Positions 1-7,591 of a DNA stretch of 64,000 bases are shown here, in pieces (the stretch's first letter is position 1; each line of letters opens with the position of its first letter). The translations under genes were made by a program, and so were the position numbers. The DNA comes from Escherichia phage RCS47. The stretch lies in the sequence record NC_042128.1; one strand, given 5' to 3'. The notes under the pieces were generated by a model. The model saw only the letters and a program-made list of their open reading frames with translations, was not told the origin of the DNA and did not search any database.

Positions 1-438
1 AGCAAAAACCACGCAATGATTGTCATTGAGGATTTGAAGGTTAAATACATGTCAAAGTCAGCGGCGGGAACGATAAGTCATCCGGGTCGCAATGTCCGGG
101 CAAAATCAGGTTTAAACCGTTCGATACTGGATCAGGGCTGGTATGAAATGCGCCGCCAGCTTGAGTACAAGCAGCTCTGGCGTGGCGGTCAGGTGCTTGC
201 TGTTCCGCCAGCGTACACAAGCCAGCGTTGCGCGTGCTGTGGTCATACAGCGAAAGAAAATCGCCTGTCACAAAGTAAATTCAGATGCCAGGTATGTGGA
301 TATACAGCGAACGCCGATGTAAACGGCGCTCGTAACATTTTAGCGGCGGGGCACGCCGTACTTGCCTGTGGAGGGATGGTGCAGTCAGGCCGCCCGTTGA
401 AGCAGGAACCCACCGAAATGATTCAGGCGACAGCCTGA
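1..438 (+). CDS. tnpB: IS200/IS605-family TnpB, C-terminal part (5' end lies outside the window)
   Basis: ORF runs off the window start; C-terminal zinc-finger/RuvC-like signature (CxxC ... CxxC, ...[10 protein letters not shown]); GC-rich hairpin at 445-464 typical of an IS right end. Confidence 0.7.
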   Translation, partial: SKNHAMIVIEDLKVKYMSKSAAGTISHPGRNVRAKSGLNRSILDQGWYEMRRQLEYKQLWRGGQVLAVPPAYTSQRCACCGHTAKENRLSQSKFRCQVCGYTANADVNGARNILAAGHAVLACGGMVQSGRPLKQEPTEMIQATA

Positions 439-477
439 ACGTAGCAGGAATCCACGCCCTTCGGGGCGTGGAGGATG

Positions 478-843
478 TCACGCTGCCTCTTTAATGTTGG
501 CGGCTATCCATGCCGCCGTGTGCTGTTTAACCTGGTCCAGGTCGATGTATGTGCCAACATATTGACTCAAGTCCTGTAACGTACCGATAAATGCATCAGT
601 GCTCTGATCGACGAATTTATCAGCCAGGAAATCAGCAACCAGTTTTGGCACACCATCATGTACCGAAGGTTGTTTTTCCTCGCCACTACTGCCGCCGGAC
701 GCGCCGTACCCCATCTGTTGCATGATCTGGTCAATTTCATCGCTGATATCCAGCAACTCCATGCCACTCGCGGTAGCCGCTTTGGACATCAGAGCATCCA
801 ACTTATCGCTGAGGTCCATTAACTCAATAGCTGATAGTGTCAT
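478..843 (-). CDS. hypothetical protein, distal gene of darA-like operon
   Basis: 121-aa ORF overlapping the darA-like stop by 4 nt; assigned by position only. Confidence 0.45.
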   Translation of the reverse strand: MTLSAIELMDLSDKLDALMSKAATASGMELLDISDEIDQIMQQMGYGASGGSSGEEKQPSVHDGVPKLVADFLADKFVDQSTDAFIGTLQDLSQYVGTYIDLDQVKQHTAAWIAANIKEAA

Positions 844-2759
844 GCCGCTACCCCCGCTTTCTGGATTGCTACCAGCAGATCAGCCAGGTGGCGAGCAGCG
901 CCATTAACCAGCTCTTCGTTTTCCTCAAAACGTCCGGCAGCCTGAAGGGCTGCAATCGCTTCCCGGACATTGCCCCGGGCGTTACGGATCTCCGCCATGT
1001 CAGTGCTTTGCATATCCATCACGTTATTGAGATATTCAATGGCTTTATTAGCCTCTGCATCTGCTTCGCTAACCGTTTCATCAGGCTGTGCCGGGGCCGG
1101 TTCTGGCTGAGTAATCTCACCGACTTCGGCCTGCAATGCATTGATCATGCTCTGCACCATTTTCTCGGTGCCAGCGCCCCCCGGAAACGCAATATTGGGG
1201 AAAGTTTTTTGAAACTGAGTCTTCAGCATTACTCGGAACTCGTCTGGTGAGCTGGTGGCCAGCTCCAGAGCTTTTTGTGCATATTTGCCAAACGGACCAT
1301 TAGTAAGTGTCTTCGCCAGGAAGTCGAAAGAATCCTCGCGAGGCAATAACTTCAGGTCGTACTCACTCATTTGCTGATCAGAAAGCGGGGTATCGTAAGT
1401 AGCAATGCCGTAGCGTGCATATTCATAATACGGGTCACCTTCATCAGGGCGCGGCAGAATTGCTTTGTTACCTTCAGGTATTGCGCCAGGGGCCGCCGGA
1501 CGCATTTGCAGGGCATATCGATATGCACCTACAGAGACTTCTGGTTCAGGCGAAGAGCTACCGGTATCCTCCGCTGGTTCAGGTTCGACGTTTTCCGGTT
1601 TATGTTCTTCTGGTTGGACCAGGTATTCCGATACATTACCCGCTTTATAGGCTTTAAACAGCTTGCCGATCGCATCTGCCATGTCCACACCCTGTATGGA
1701 TTTAGCCTTGATCATGTACACGCTGCCATCCGAATCGGTTAACTGGATATACCCTTCACCGTCCTCAATGAATTGCTTCATTGATGCACCATTACTGAGC
1801 GTCACTTCCCCGTTCATATGCATACGATTTTTGATACTTGCAAGGCGATCCGTCATCGCGCGAGAGTGTCCACCAGTCATCCCCGCAGGAGCAATGGTTT
1901 CGCGCCCACCAGTGCGATTGAGCTGATCAATCTCCGTCTGCAAACGCTCATTCTCTTCATAAAGAGAATCCGCTTCCGATGCAACAGCGTTAATTTTCTG
2001 CTCCAGATCTGCCTTCTGCCCTTCTACCGCTGCCACCTGATCCGCGAGGTCGCTCATGGCATCCTCTTTCTGGTCACTGTCAGCCTGTAGTTGGGTTATT
2101 TCATCAACAAGGGCTTTTTTCTTCTTCTGCGCACGCTGGAATTTTGCCGAGTTTTTCTCTGCAAGGTTGGCAAGTTTCATGGTGACCTGCGCCAGCGTCA
2201 TATCACGTCCACTCATCGGAGCAACGGTGTGAGTAACGTCTTTTTTATTCAGTAAGAACTGGAAAGCAACCAGCGTATCGCTATTGGTGATCCGGTTTTC
2301 CGCTGTCGGGCTATGAAACAGAATGCTGATAGTCTGACCATCACTGAGCGGAATAATGGCAGGCAGGACTGGCAGCCCGTTAACGTTACGTGCCCGGCCA
2401 ATTTCAGCGCCGCCGATCGCGCGCGCGCCGCTCTGGGCCACATCCCCCGTTTTATCACTCCCCGCAGAGATTCCGGTACCATTCAGCTTCTGGTTCAATG
2501 CCCGGACAAATGCCTGCATGGTCCGGTGTAACTGCAAACGAGTAGAACTAATCGCCTCCAGTAAATCCGTAGCACACCAGTGGATCGGCGTGTCATAGAA
2601 GAACGTAGCCTCGATTTCCTCCAGGGTGTTGGATTCCGTCATCAGATAGCGGCCCTCACCGGCCATTAATGCGCGATATTCATCATCAGTCACTGGCGGG
2701 GGAAGCACGTCAAGCCCAGGTTTGATCGTCACCCCTTTATTGATATTGAACTGTTCCAT
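840..2759 (-). CDS. darA: DarA-like internal head / anti-restriction protein
   Basis: 639-aa ORF; shares a conserved segment (..KNSAKFQ..) and flanking similarity with the adjacent 203-aa protein, as expected for a darA/hdf pair; sits downstream of lydA/lydB-like genes. Confidence 0.5.
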   Translation of the reverse strand: MEQFNINKGVTIKPGLDVLPPPVTDDEYRALMAGEGRYLMTESNTLEEIEATFFYDTPIHWCATDLLEAISSTRLQLHRTMQAFVRALNQKLNGTGISAGSDKTGDVAQSGARAIGGAEIGRARNVNGLPVLPAIIPLSDGQTISILFHSPTAENRITNSDTLVAFQFLLNKKDVTHTVAPMSGRDMTLAQVTMKLANLAEKNSAKFQRAQKKKKALVDEITQLQADSDQKEDAMSDLADQVAAVEGQKADLEQKINAVASEADSLYEENERLQTEIDQLNRTGGRETIAPAGMTGGHSRAMTDRLASIKNRMHMNGEVTLSNGASMKQFIEDGEGYIQLTDSDGSVYMIKAKSIQGVDMADAIGKLFKAYKAGNVSEYLVQPEEHKPENVEPEPAEDTGSSSPEPEVSVGAYRYALQMRPAAPGAIPEGNKAILPRPDEGDPYYEYARYGIATYDTPLSDQQMSEYDLKLLPREDSFDFLAKTLTNGPFGKYAQKALELATSSPDEFRVMLKTQFQKTFPNIAFPGGAGTEKMVQSMINALQAEVGEITQPEPAPAQPDETVSEADAEANKAIEYLNNVMDMQSTDMAEIRNARGNVREAIAALQAAGRFEENEELVNGAARHLADLLVAIQKAGVAA

Positions 2760-2760
2760 G

Positions 2761-3372
2761 TTAATTTCCTGCTTTCAGTTGCTTAAGACGGCGTTTGAGT
2801 TCGCCATTTCGGGCCTTTTCGTTATTGAGTCGGCCTGTCTCCTTATCCAGCTTCGCCCGCAAATCAGTGATCTGCTGTTGATTGAAAGACACCGAGTTCT
2901 GCGCTGATTTATAAGCGGCAACCACCTGAGCATTCCGCTGTTTTGCCTCTTGCAGGCGCTGAAAGTTGGATTTTACTGCCGGTTTCTTGTCTACCGGATT
3001 GGCAACACGTTTCGCTTTGGCGATCAGTGATTTCTGGAATTTTGCGGAGTTTTTGCGGGCCGCTTGCCCCATGACGGTACCAAGCGTCTTGATATCCGGC
3101 GACTGAGCGTTAGGAATAGCTTTTCCATTCAGCCTCACAGACGATATATCGCCAGTATCGTTTACCTGTATGGCAAGAATTTGTCCGTCGTTAAGAACCA
3201 GCTTTGCGGTTTTAACTTTAACGCCATCTTTCGTTGTTGCGCGGTTGCTGGAGTCAACCTCAATTACCGTAACACCGGTTTTATTGATCGCCGCGATAAG
3301 GGATTTCAGCCCCTTTTCATTAACCTGGTCAAAATCGACCGTTGCATACTTATTTCTCGTCATCTGACACAT
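2761..3372 (-). CDS. hdf: Hdf-like protein (homolog of DarA fragment)
   Basis: 203 aa with internal similarity to the central part of the 639-aa DarA-like protein; coiled-coil C-terminus. Confidence 0.5.
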   Translation of the reverse strand: MCQMTRNKYATVDFDQVNEKGLKSLIAAINKTGVTVIEVDSSNRATTKDGVKVKTAKLVLNDGQILAIQVNDTGDISSVRLNGKAIPNAQSPDIKTLGTVMGQAARKNSAKFQKSLIAKAKRVANPVDKKPAVKSNFQRLQEAKQRNAQVVAAYKSAQNSVSFNQQQITDLRAKLDKETGRLNNEKARNGELKRRLKQLKAGN

Positions 3373-3793
3373 CCTGTGCGAGATTTATTACGTAACTTCT
3401 GCGGATTTGCTGAGTAACAGGGAAAATCCGATACAACGGGTTAATGAACGAGTCGCCATGCGTAACCATGACGTTGAAATGCCACAGCCGTTCTCCTTTA
3501 CCCATATATTCAGTGGGTATGTACAACCATTCACTGTTTTCGCCCTGTTCAGCCGACGTCAGACAACGTTGTTCGCCTTCAATCACTGTCGTTGGCTTCT
3601 GAACATCGCGGATCCAATATCTGACCGTTGCGCCGCGCAAAAACGGGAATTTAGACCGGTATTTGAACGGCACCCGGATGAAACCCGGTTTAATTTCCAC
3701 ATCACCAAGTTCTAAATGCGTGATGTCCTTGCGTTTTAGCAAATAGCGATCGGCTAAGGCTAACGCAAGAACGCATACACCCCAGCCAATCAT
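3350..3793 (-). CDS. lydB: LydB-like lysis regulator (antiholin candidate)
   Basis: 147 aa with N-terminal hydrophobic segment; start overlaps the holin stop (ATGA); assignment is positional. Confidence 0.4.
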   Translation of the reverse strand: MIGWGVCVLALALADRYLLKRKDITHLELGDVEIKPGFIRVPFKYRSKFPFLRGATVRYWIRDVQKPTTVIEGEQRCLTSAEQGENSEWLYIPTEYMGKGERLWHFNVMVTHGDSFINPLYRIFPVTQQIRRSYVINLAQDVSDDEK

Positions 3794-4119
3794 TTCCCGC
3801 CTCCCTTTTTCACCAAACTTGTAAGAACATTCAGAATGCTATCGATATTCACTCGTTTCATCCCTGAAATCACCTCATGACCGTTATTGCTGGCTATCGT
3901 TACCATTAAGTACGTAATTGATAACTCCCAGCCCTCGTGTTGCCCCAATAGGTACGCCACCGCGCCAGCTGTCACTGCAACAAAGATCTCCGTAACCAAT
4001 CCCAACAAATTGCCAGACTGGCGACCGTCTCGGACATCCATCAGGAACGTGCCTATCCCACCAATTACTGAAAGCAGGAGCGCAATAGCAACTGGAGCTA
4101 ATTCCTGTGTGTCAAGCAC
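3790..4119 (-). CDS. lydA: holin (LydA-like)
   Basis: 109 aa with predicted transmembrane helices and charged C-terminus; first gene of the operon. Confidence 0.5.
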   Translation of the reverse strand: MLDTQELAPVAIALLLSVIGGIGTFLMDVRDGRQSGNLLGLVTEIFVAVTAGAVAYLLGQHEGWELSITYLMVTIASNNGHEVISGMKRVNIDSILNVLTSLVKKGGGK

Positions 4120-4179
4120 AAGTTCCCTCCTACGTTGTCAGGAGGTAATGGTATGCAAAGTAACTTCTCATCTGGTTGT

Positions 4180-4464
4180 TCATAATTTGCCAATACATTC
4201 GTAAATCAAGTGAAAAACCCATATTTTGGTTATTCTTAATACAAAATGGCTATTCCAACTACATATCAAAAAAGCAACCACATCCAAAAATGAGTTTCCC
4301 CACTGAACTTCTGCAAGACAAAAACCAACAAAACCACCTTTTATGGCAAGCAGCCATGCTTCAAGCCAATGTAAAAAACATGGCTTATAAGCTCCACGCC
4401 TAACTCCAGTAAGAAATAAATAGGTTCCACTAATAATGGACATTAAAAAAATCAAAATCTGCAT
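4180..4464 (-). CDS. small hydrophobic membrane protein
   Basis: 94-aa ORF preceded by a strong RBS (GGGAGGAG); very hydrophobic; AT-rich codon usage suggests an accessory gene. Confidence 0.4.
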   Translation of the reverse strand: MQILIFLMSIISGTYLFLTGVRRGAYKPCFLHWLEAWLLAIKGGFVGFCLAEVQWGNSFLDVVAFLICSWNSHFVLRITKIWVFHLIYECIGKL

Positions 4465-4585
4465 AAGCTCCTCCCGGATCTAACAAAAATCAAGCAGGAA
4501 CCTATTCAGATTGTTATTTCTGTGCATAACGCTTTGTTCTTTAAAATTCGCAGACTCATAAGAACAACGCATTAGAGTAAAAATC

Positions 4586-5147
4586 ATGCTGATCGGCTAT
4601 GTACGCGTATCAACAAATGAACAAAACACTGCTTTGCAACGAAATGCCCTTGAAAGCGCAGGATGTGAGCTAATTTTTGAGGATAAGGCGAGCGGCAAAC
4701 AGACTGAACGCCCTGGGCTAAAAAAGGTTTTGCGTATGCTTTCCAGAGGTGACACCCTGGTCGTATGGAAGTTAGATCGTCTTGGGCGCAGCATGCGTCA
4801 CTTGGTTGTGCTGGTGGAAGAGCTGCGTGACAGAGGAATTAATTTCCGGAGTCTCACTGACTCTATCGACACCAGTACACCAATGGGGCGCTTTTTCTTT
4901 CACGTAATGGGGGCGCTGGCAGAAATGGAACGTGAGCTTATCGTTGAACGTACACGCGCTGGACGTGATGCAGCTCGCGCAGAAGGTCGTAATAGGTGGG
5001 CGTCGGCCTAAATACCAAGAAGAAACATGGCAGCAAATGCGGCGATTGCTGGAGAATGGCATCCCCCGTAAGCAGGTTGCAATCATCTATGATGTGGCTG
5101 TTTCCACGCTTTATAAGAAGTTTCCGGCGTCGTCATTTCAATCCTAA
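4586..5147 (+). pseudogene. cin: Cin/Gin/Pin/Hin-family serine DNA invertase, interrupted by a +1 frameshift near 4990-4992
   Basis: N-terminal resolvase catalytic domain (MLIGYVRVSTNEQ...) in frame 1 stops at 5011; C-terminal HTH domain (GGRRPK...IPRKQVAIIYDVAVSTLYKK) continues in another frame from ~4980 to 5147; removing one A from AA at 4991-4992 restores ...AEGR-IGGRRPK... Confidence 0.8.
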
Positions 5148-5164
5148 ACCTTGGTTTAAGAGAA
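5139..5164. other. recombination crossover site (cixL/gix-like, 26 bp)
   Basis: caatcctaaacc-tt-ggtttaagagaa: two 12-bp half-sites around a 2-bp core, matching the Hin/Gin/Cin site pattern; overlaps the invertase stop codon. Confidence 0.7.
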
Positions 5165-5297
5165 CTCGGTACCAGCGGTGAAAAGATCCCCCTGTTGAGC
5201 ACGGCTAACACATGGAGTGCGCGCCAGACTTTCAACGGAGGGATCACCGGGGCACTGACAGGGAACGCCGACACCGCGACGAAATTGAAAACAGCAC
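5153..5297. repeat. left inverted repeat of invertible segment
   Basis: near-identical reverse complement of 9013-9157 (encodes ...GEKIPLLSTANTWSARQTFNGGITGALTGNADTATKLKTA in both fiber variants). Confidence 0.85.
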
Positions 5298-6496
5298 GCA
5301 CTATTGGCGGTGTGGCATTTGATGGTACTGCGAATATTAATTTACCTGGTGTTAACGTTGCGGGTAATCAGAATACATCCGGTAACGCGGCTACAGCGAC
5401 CAAGTTGCAGACAGCATGTACTATCAACGGCGTCTCGTTTGATGGTTCTAAAAATATTGAGCTAACGGCGGAAGATTTAAATCTACAGGAATTTATTAAT
5501 AAAGCAAATAATGCCGTTCAGCGTTCAGGCGATATCTTGTCCGGCGGACTTACTTTTGAAAACGGCTCAATCCTTGCCTGGATTCGAAATACTGACTGGG
5601 CAAAGATTGGATTTAAAAATGATGCCGACAGCGACACAGATTCATACATGTGGTTTGAAACAGGCGACAACGGCAATGAATATTTCAAATGGAGAAGCAA
5701 ACAAAGCACCACAACAAAAGACCTGATGAATCTTAAATGGGATGCTTTGTCTGTTCTTGTTAAAGCCCTTTTCAGCAGTGAAGTAAAAATATCGACAGTC
5801 AATGCACTGAGGATATTTAATTCATCTTTTGGTGCCATTTTTCGCCGTTCTGAAGAATGCCTGCATATCATCCCTACACGAGAGAATGAGGGGGAAAATG
5901 GTGATATAGGGCCACTACGTCCCTTTACGCTTAATCTCAGAACTGGCCGCATAACTATGGGGCATGGTCTGGATGTTACAGGAGATATAACAACTAACGC
6001 CTGGGTGTATGCAAACAGGTTTGCTATTAATAGTGGCTCAACCTCATGGATTGATATGCGAAACCAGAATGTCATTTTTGGTAGAAACGCAGTATCAACA
6101 AGTTCTGCGCAGGCTTTGTTAAGACAAGACCATGCAGAACGCAAATTTTTTGTCGGTGGACTTGGTAACTACCAGTTTGGTTTTTACATGATTAATAACT
6201 CAAGGACAGCCAATGGCACCGATGGTCAGGCGTACATGGATAATAACGGTAACTGGCTTTGTGGCTCGCAAGTTATTCCTGGCAACTATGGCAATTTTGA
6301 TTCCAGATATGTGAGAGATGTTCGCCTGGGTACGCGAGTTGTTCAATTGATGGCGCGTGGTGGTCGTTATGAAAAAGCCGGACACGTAATTACCGGATTA
6401 AGAATCATTGGTGAAGTAGATGGCGATGATGAAGCCATCTTCAGGCCAATACAAAAATACATCAATGGCACATGGTATAACGTCGCACAGGTGTAA
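5153..6496 (+). CDS. alternative tail-fiber C-terminal variable segment (Sv'), no independent start; expressed only after inversion
   Basis: open frame runs from the crossover site through the inverted repeat; shares N-terminal ~45 aa with the fiber currently fused in the - orientation, then diverges. Confidence 0.65.
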   Translation, partial: GLRELGTSGEKIPLLSTANTWSARQTFNGGITGALTGNADTATKLKTARTIGGVAFDGTANINLPGVNVAGNQNTSGNAATATKLQTACTINGVSFDGSKNIELTAEDLNLQEFINKANNAVQRSGDILSGGLTFENGSILAWIRNTDWAKIGFKNDADSDTDSYMWFETGDNGNEYFKWRSKQSTTTKDLMNLKWDALSVLVKALFSSEVKISTVNALRIFNSSFGAIFRRSEECLHIIPTRENEGENGDIGPLRPFTLNLRTGRITMGHGLDVTGDITTNAWVYANRFAINSGSTSWIDMRNQNVIFGRNAVSTSSAQALLRQDHAERKFFVGGLGNYQFGFYMINNSRTANGTDGQAYMDNNGNWLCGSQVIPGNYGNFDSRYVRDVRLGTRVVQLMARGGRYEKAGHVITGLRIIGEVDGDDEAIFRPIQKYINGTWYNVAQV

Positions 6497-7027
6497 ATGA
6501 TGCAGCATTTAAAAAATATTAAGTCTGGAAATCCTAAAACGAAAGAACAATATCAGCTAACAAAGAATTTTGATGTTATCTGGTTATGGTCCGAAGACGA
6601 TAAAAACTGGTATGAGGAAGTGAAAAACTTTCAGCCAGACACAATAAAGATTGTTTACGATGCAAATAATATTATTGTCGCCATCACTAAAGATGCCTCC
6701 ACGCTTAACCCTGAAGGTTTTAGCGTCGTTGAGGTTCCTGATATTACAGCCAACCGCCGCGCTGATGATTCAGGAAAGTGGATGTTTAAGGATGGAGCTG
6801 TAGTTAAACGGATTTATACGGCAGACGAACAGCAACAACAGGCCGAATCACAAAAGGCCGCATTGCTTTCCGAAGCTGAATCAGTCATCCAGCCGCTGGA
6901 ACGCGCTGTCAGGCTGAATATGGCAACAGACGAGGAACGCACACGACTGGAAGCATGGGAACGCTACAGTGTTCTGGTCAGCCGTGTGGATACGGCAAAT
7001 CCTGAATGGCCACAAAAGCCTGAATAA
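6497..7027 (+). CDS. tail fiber assembly protein (alternative, U')
   Basis: 176 aa; N-terminus [23 protein letters not shown]..., paralog of the 177-aa protein on the opposite strand; typical Tfa chaperone. Confidence 0.8.
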   Translation: MMQHLKNIKSGNPKTKEQYQLTKNFDVIWLWSEDDKNWYEEVKNFQPDTIKIVYDANNIIVAITKDASTLNPEGFSVVEVPDITANRRADDSGKWMFKDGAVVKRIYTADEQQQQAESQKAALLSEAESVIQPLERAVRLNMATDEERTRLEAWERYSVLVSRVDTANPEWPQKPE

Positions 7028-7056
7028 AAATTAAGGCCCGCTATCGGGCCTTGTCT
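7028..7056. terminator. bidirectional rho-independent terminator between convergent tfa genes
   Basis: hairpin aaggcccg-ctat-cgggcctt with flanking A/T runs. Confidence 0.5.
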
Positions 7057-7589
7057 CATTCAGGTTGTTCGGGAAATGTTACTGGCAGGCTGGAGGTGTC
7101 TGTAGATTCGACTTTCTGCGCATAGAGCATCCACTCAGTTAATTTTTGTTTATTCTCGTCGGAAATGATGCCCAGCCGTAGCTGTGAGTCCCATAGCTGG
7201 GTTTTATCCCTGACAAGTTGCAACAGGCTTTGTTTTTCATTCTCTGCCTGCTGCCTTTGTTCCTCCTCGGTATAAGTTCGCTTTATCACTACGCCATCTT
7301 TGAACATCCATTTACCCGAAATATCAGCCCGGCGATTTGCTGTAATATCAGGAACCTCAACGACGCTTGCGCCTTCTGGATTAATTGCTGAAACATCCTT
7401 TTCAATACAAATAATAACGTCGTTGTGGTCATAGACCATTTTCAACGTATCAGGCTGAAAGTTCTTTTGTTCCTCATACCAGTTTTTCCCATCCTCTGTA
7501 TAAAGCCATTTGATGTTAAATTGTTTCGTTAGCTGGTATTGCTCTTTTGTTTTAGGGTTGCCAGCAGTAATGTTTTTTAAGTGCATCAT
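7056..7589 (-). CDS. tail fiber assembly protein (U)
   Basis: 177 aa Tfa-family chaperone immediately downstream of the expressed tail fiber. Confidence 0.8.
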   Translation of the reverse strand: MMHLKNITAGNPKTKEQYQLTKQFNIKWLYTEDGKNWYEEQKNFQPDTLKMVYDHNDVIICIEKDVSAINPEGASVVEVPDITANRRADISGKWMFKDGVVIKRTYTEEEQRQQAENEKQSLLQLVRDKTQLWDSQLRLGIISDENKQKLTEWMLYAQKVESTDTSSLPVTFPEQPE

Positions 7590-7591
7590 CG

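Noticed and set aside
4932-5147. Independent 71-aa ORF for the invertase HTH domain
   Set aside because: Not a separate gene; it is the frameshifted C-terminal half of the invertase (see pseudogene call).
5518-6144. 208-aa - strand ORF inside the alternative tail-fiber segment
   Set aside because: Antisense to the Sv' coding frame, which has clear homology to the expressed fiber; no independent support.
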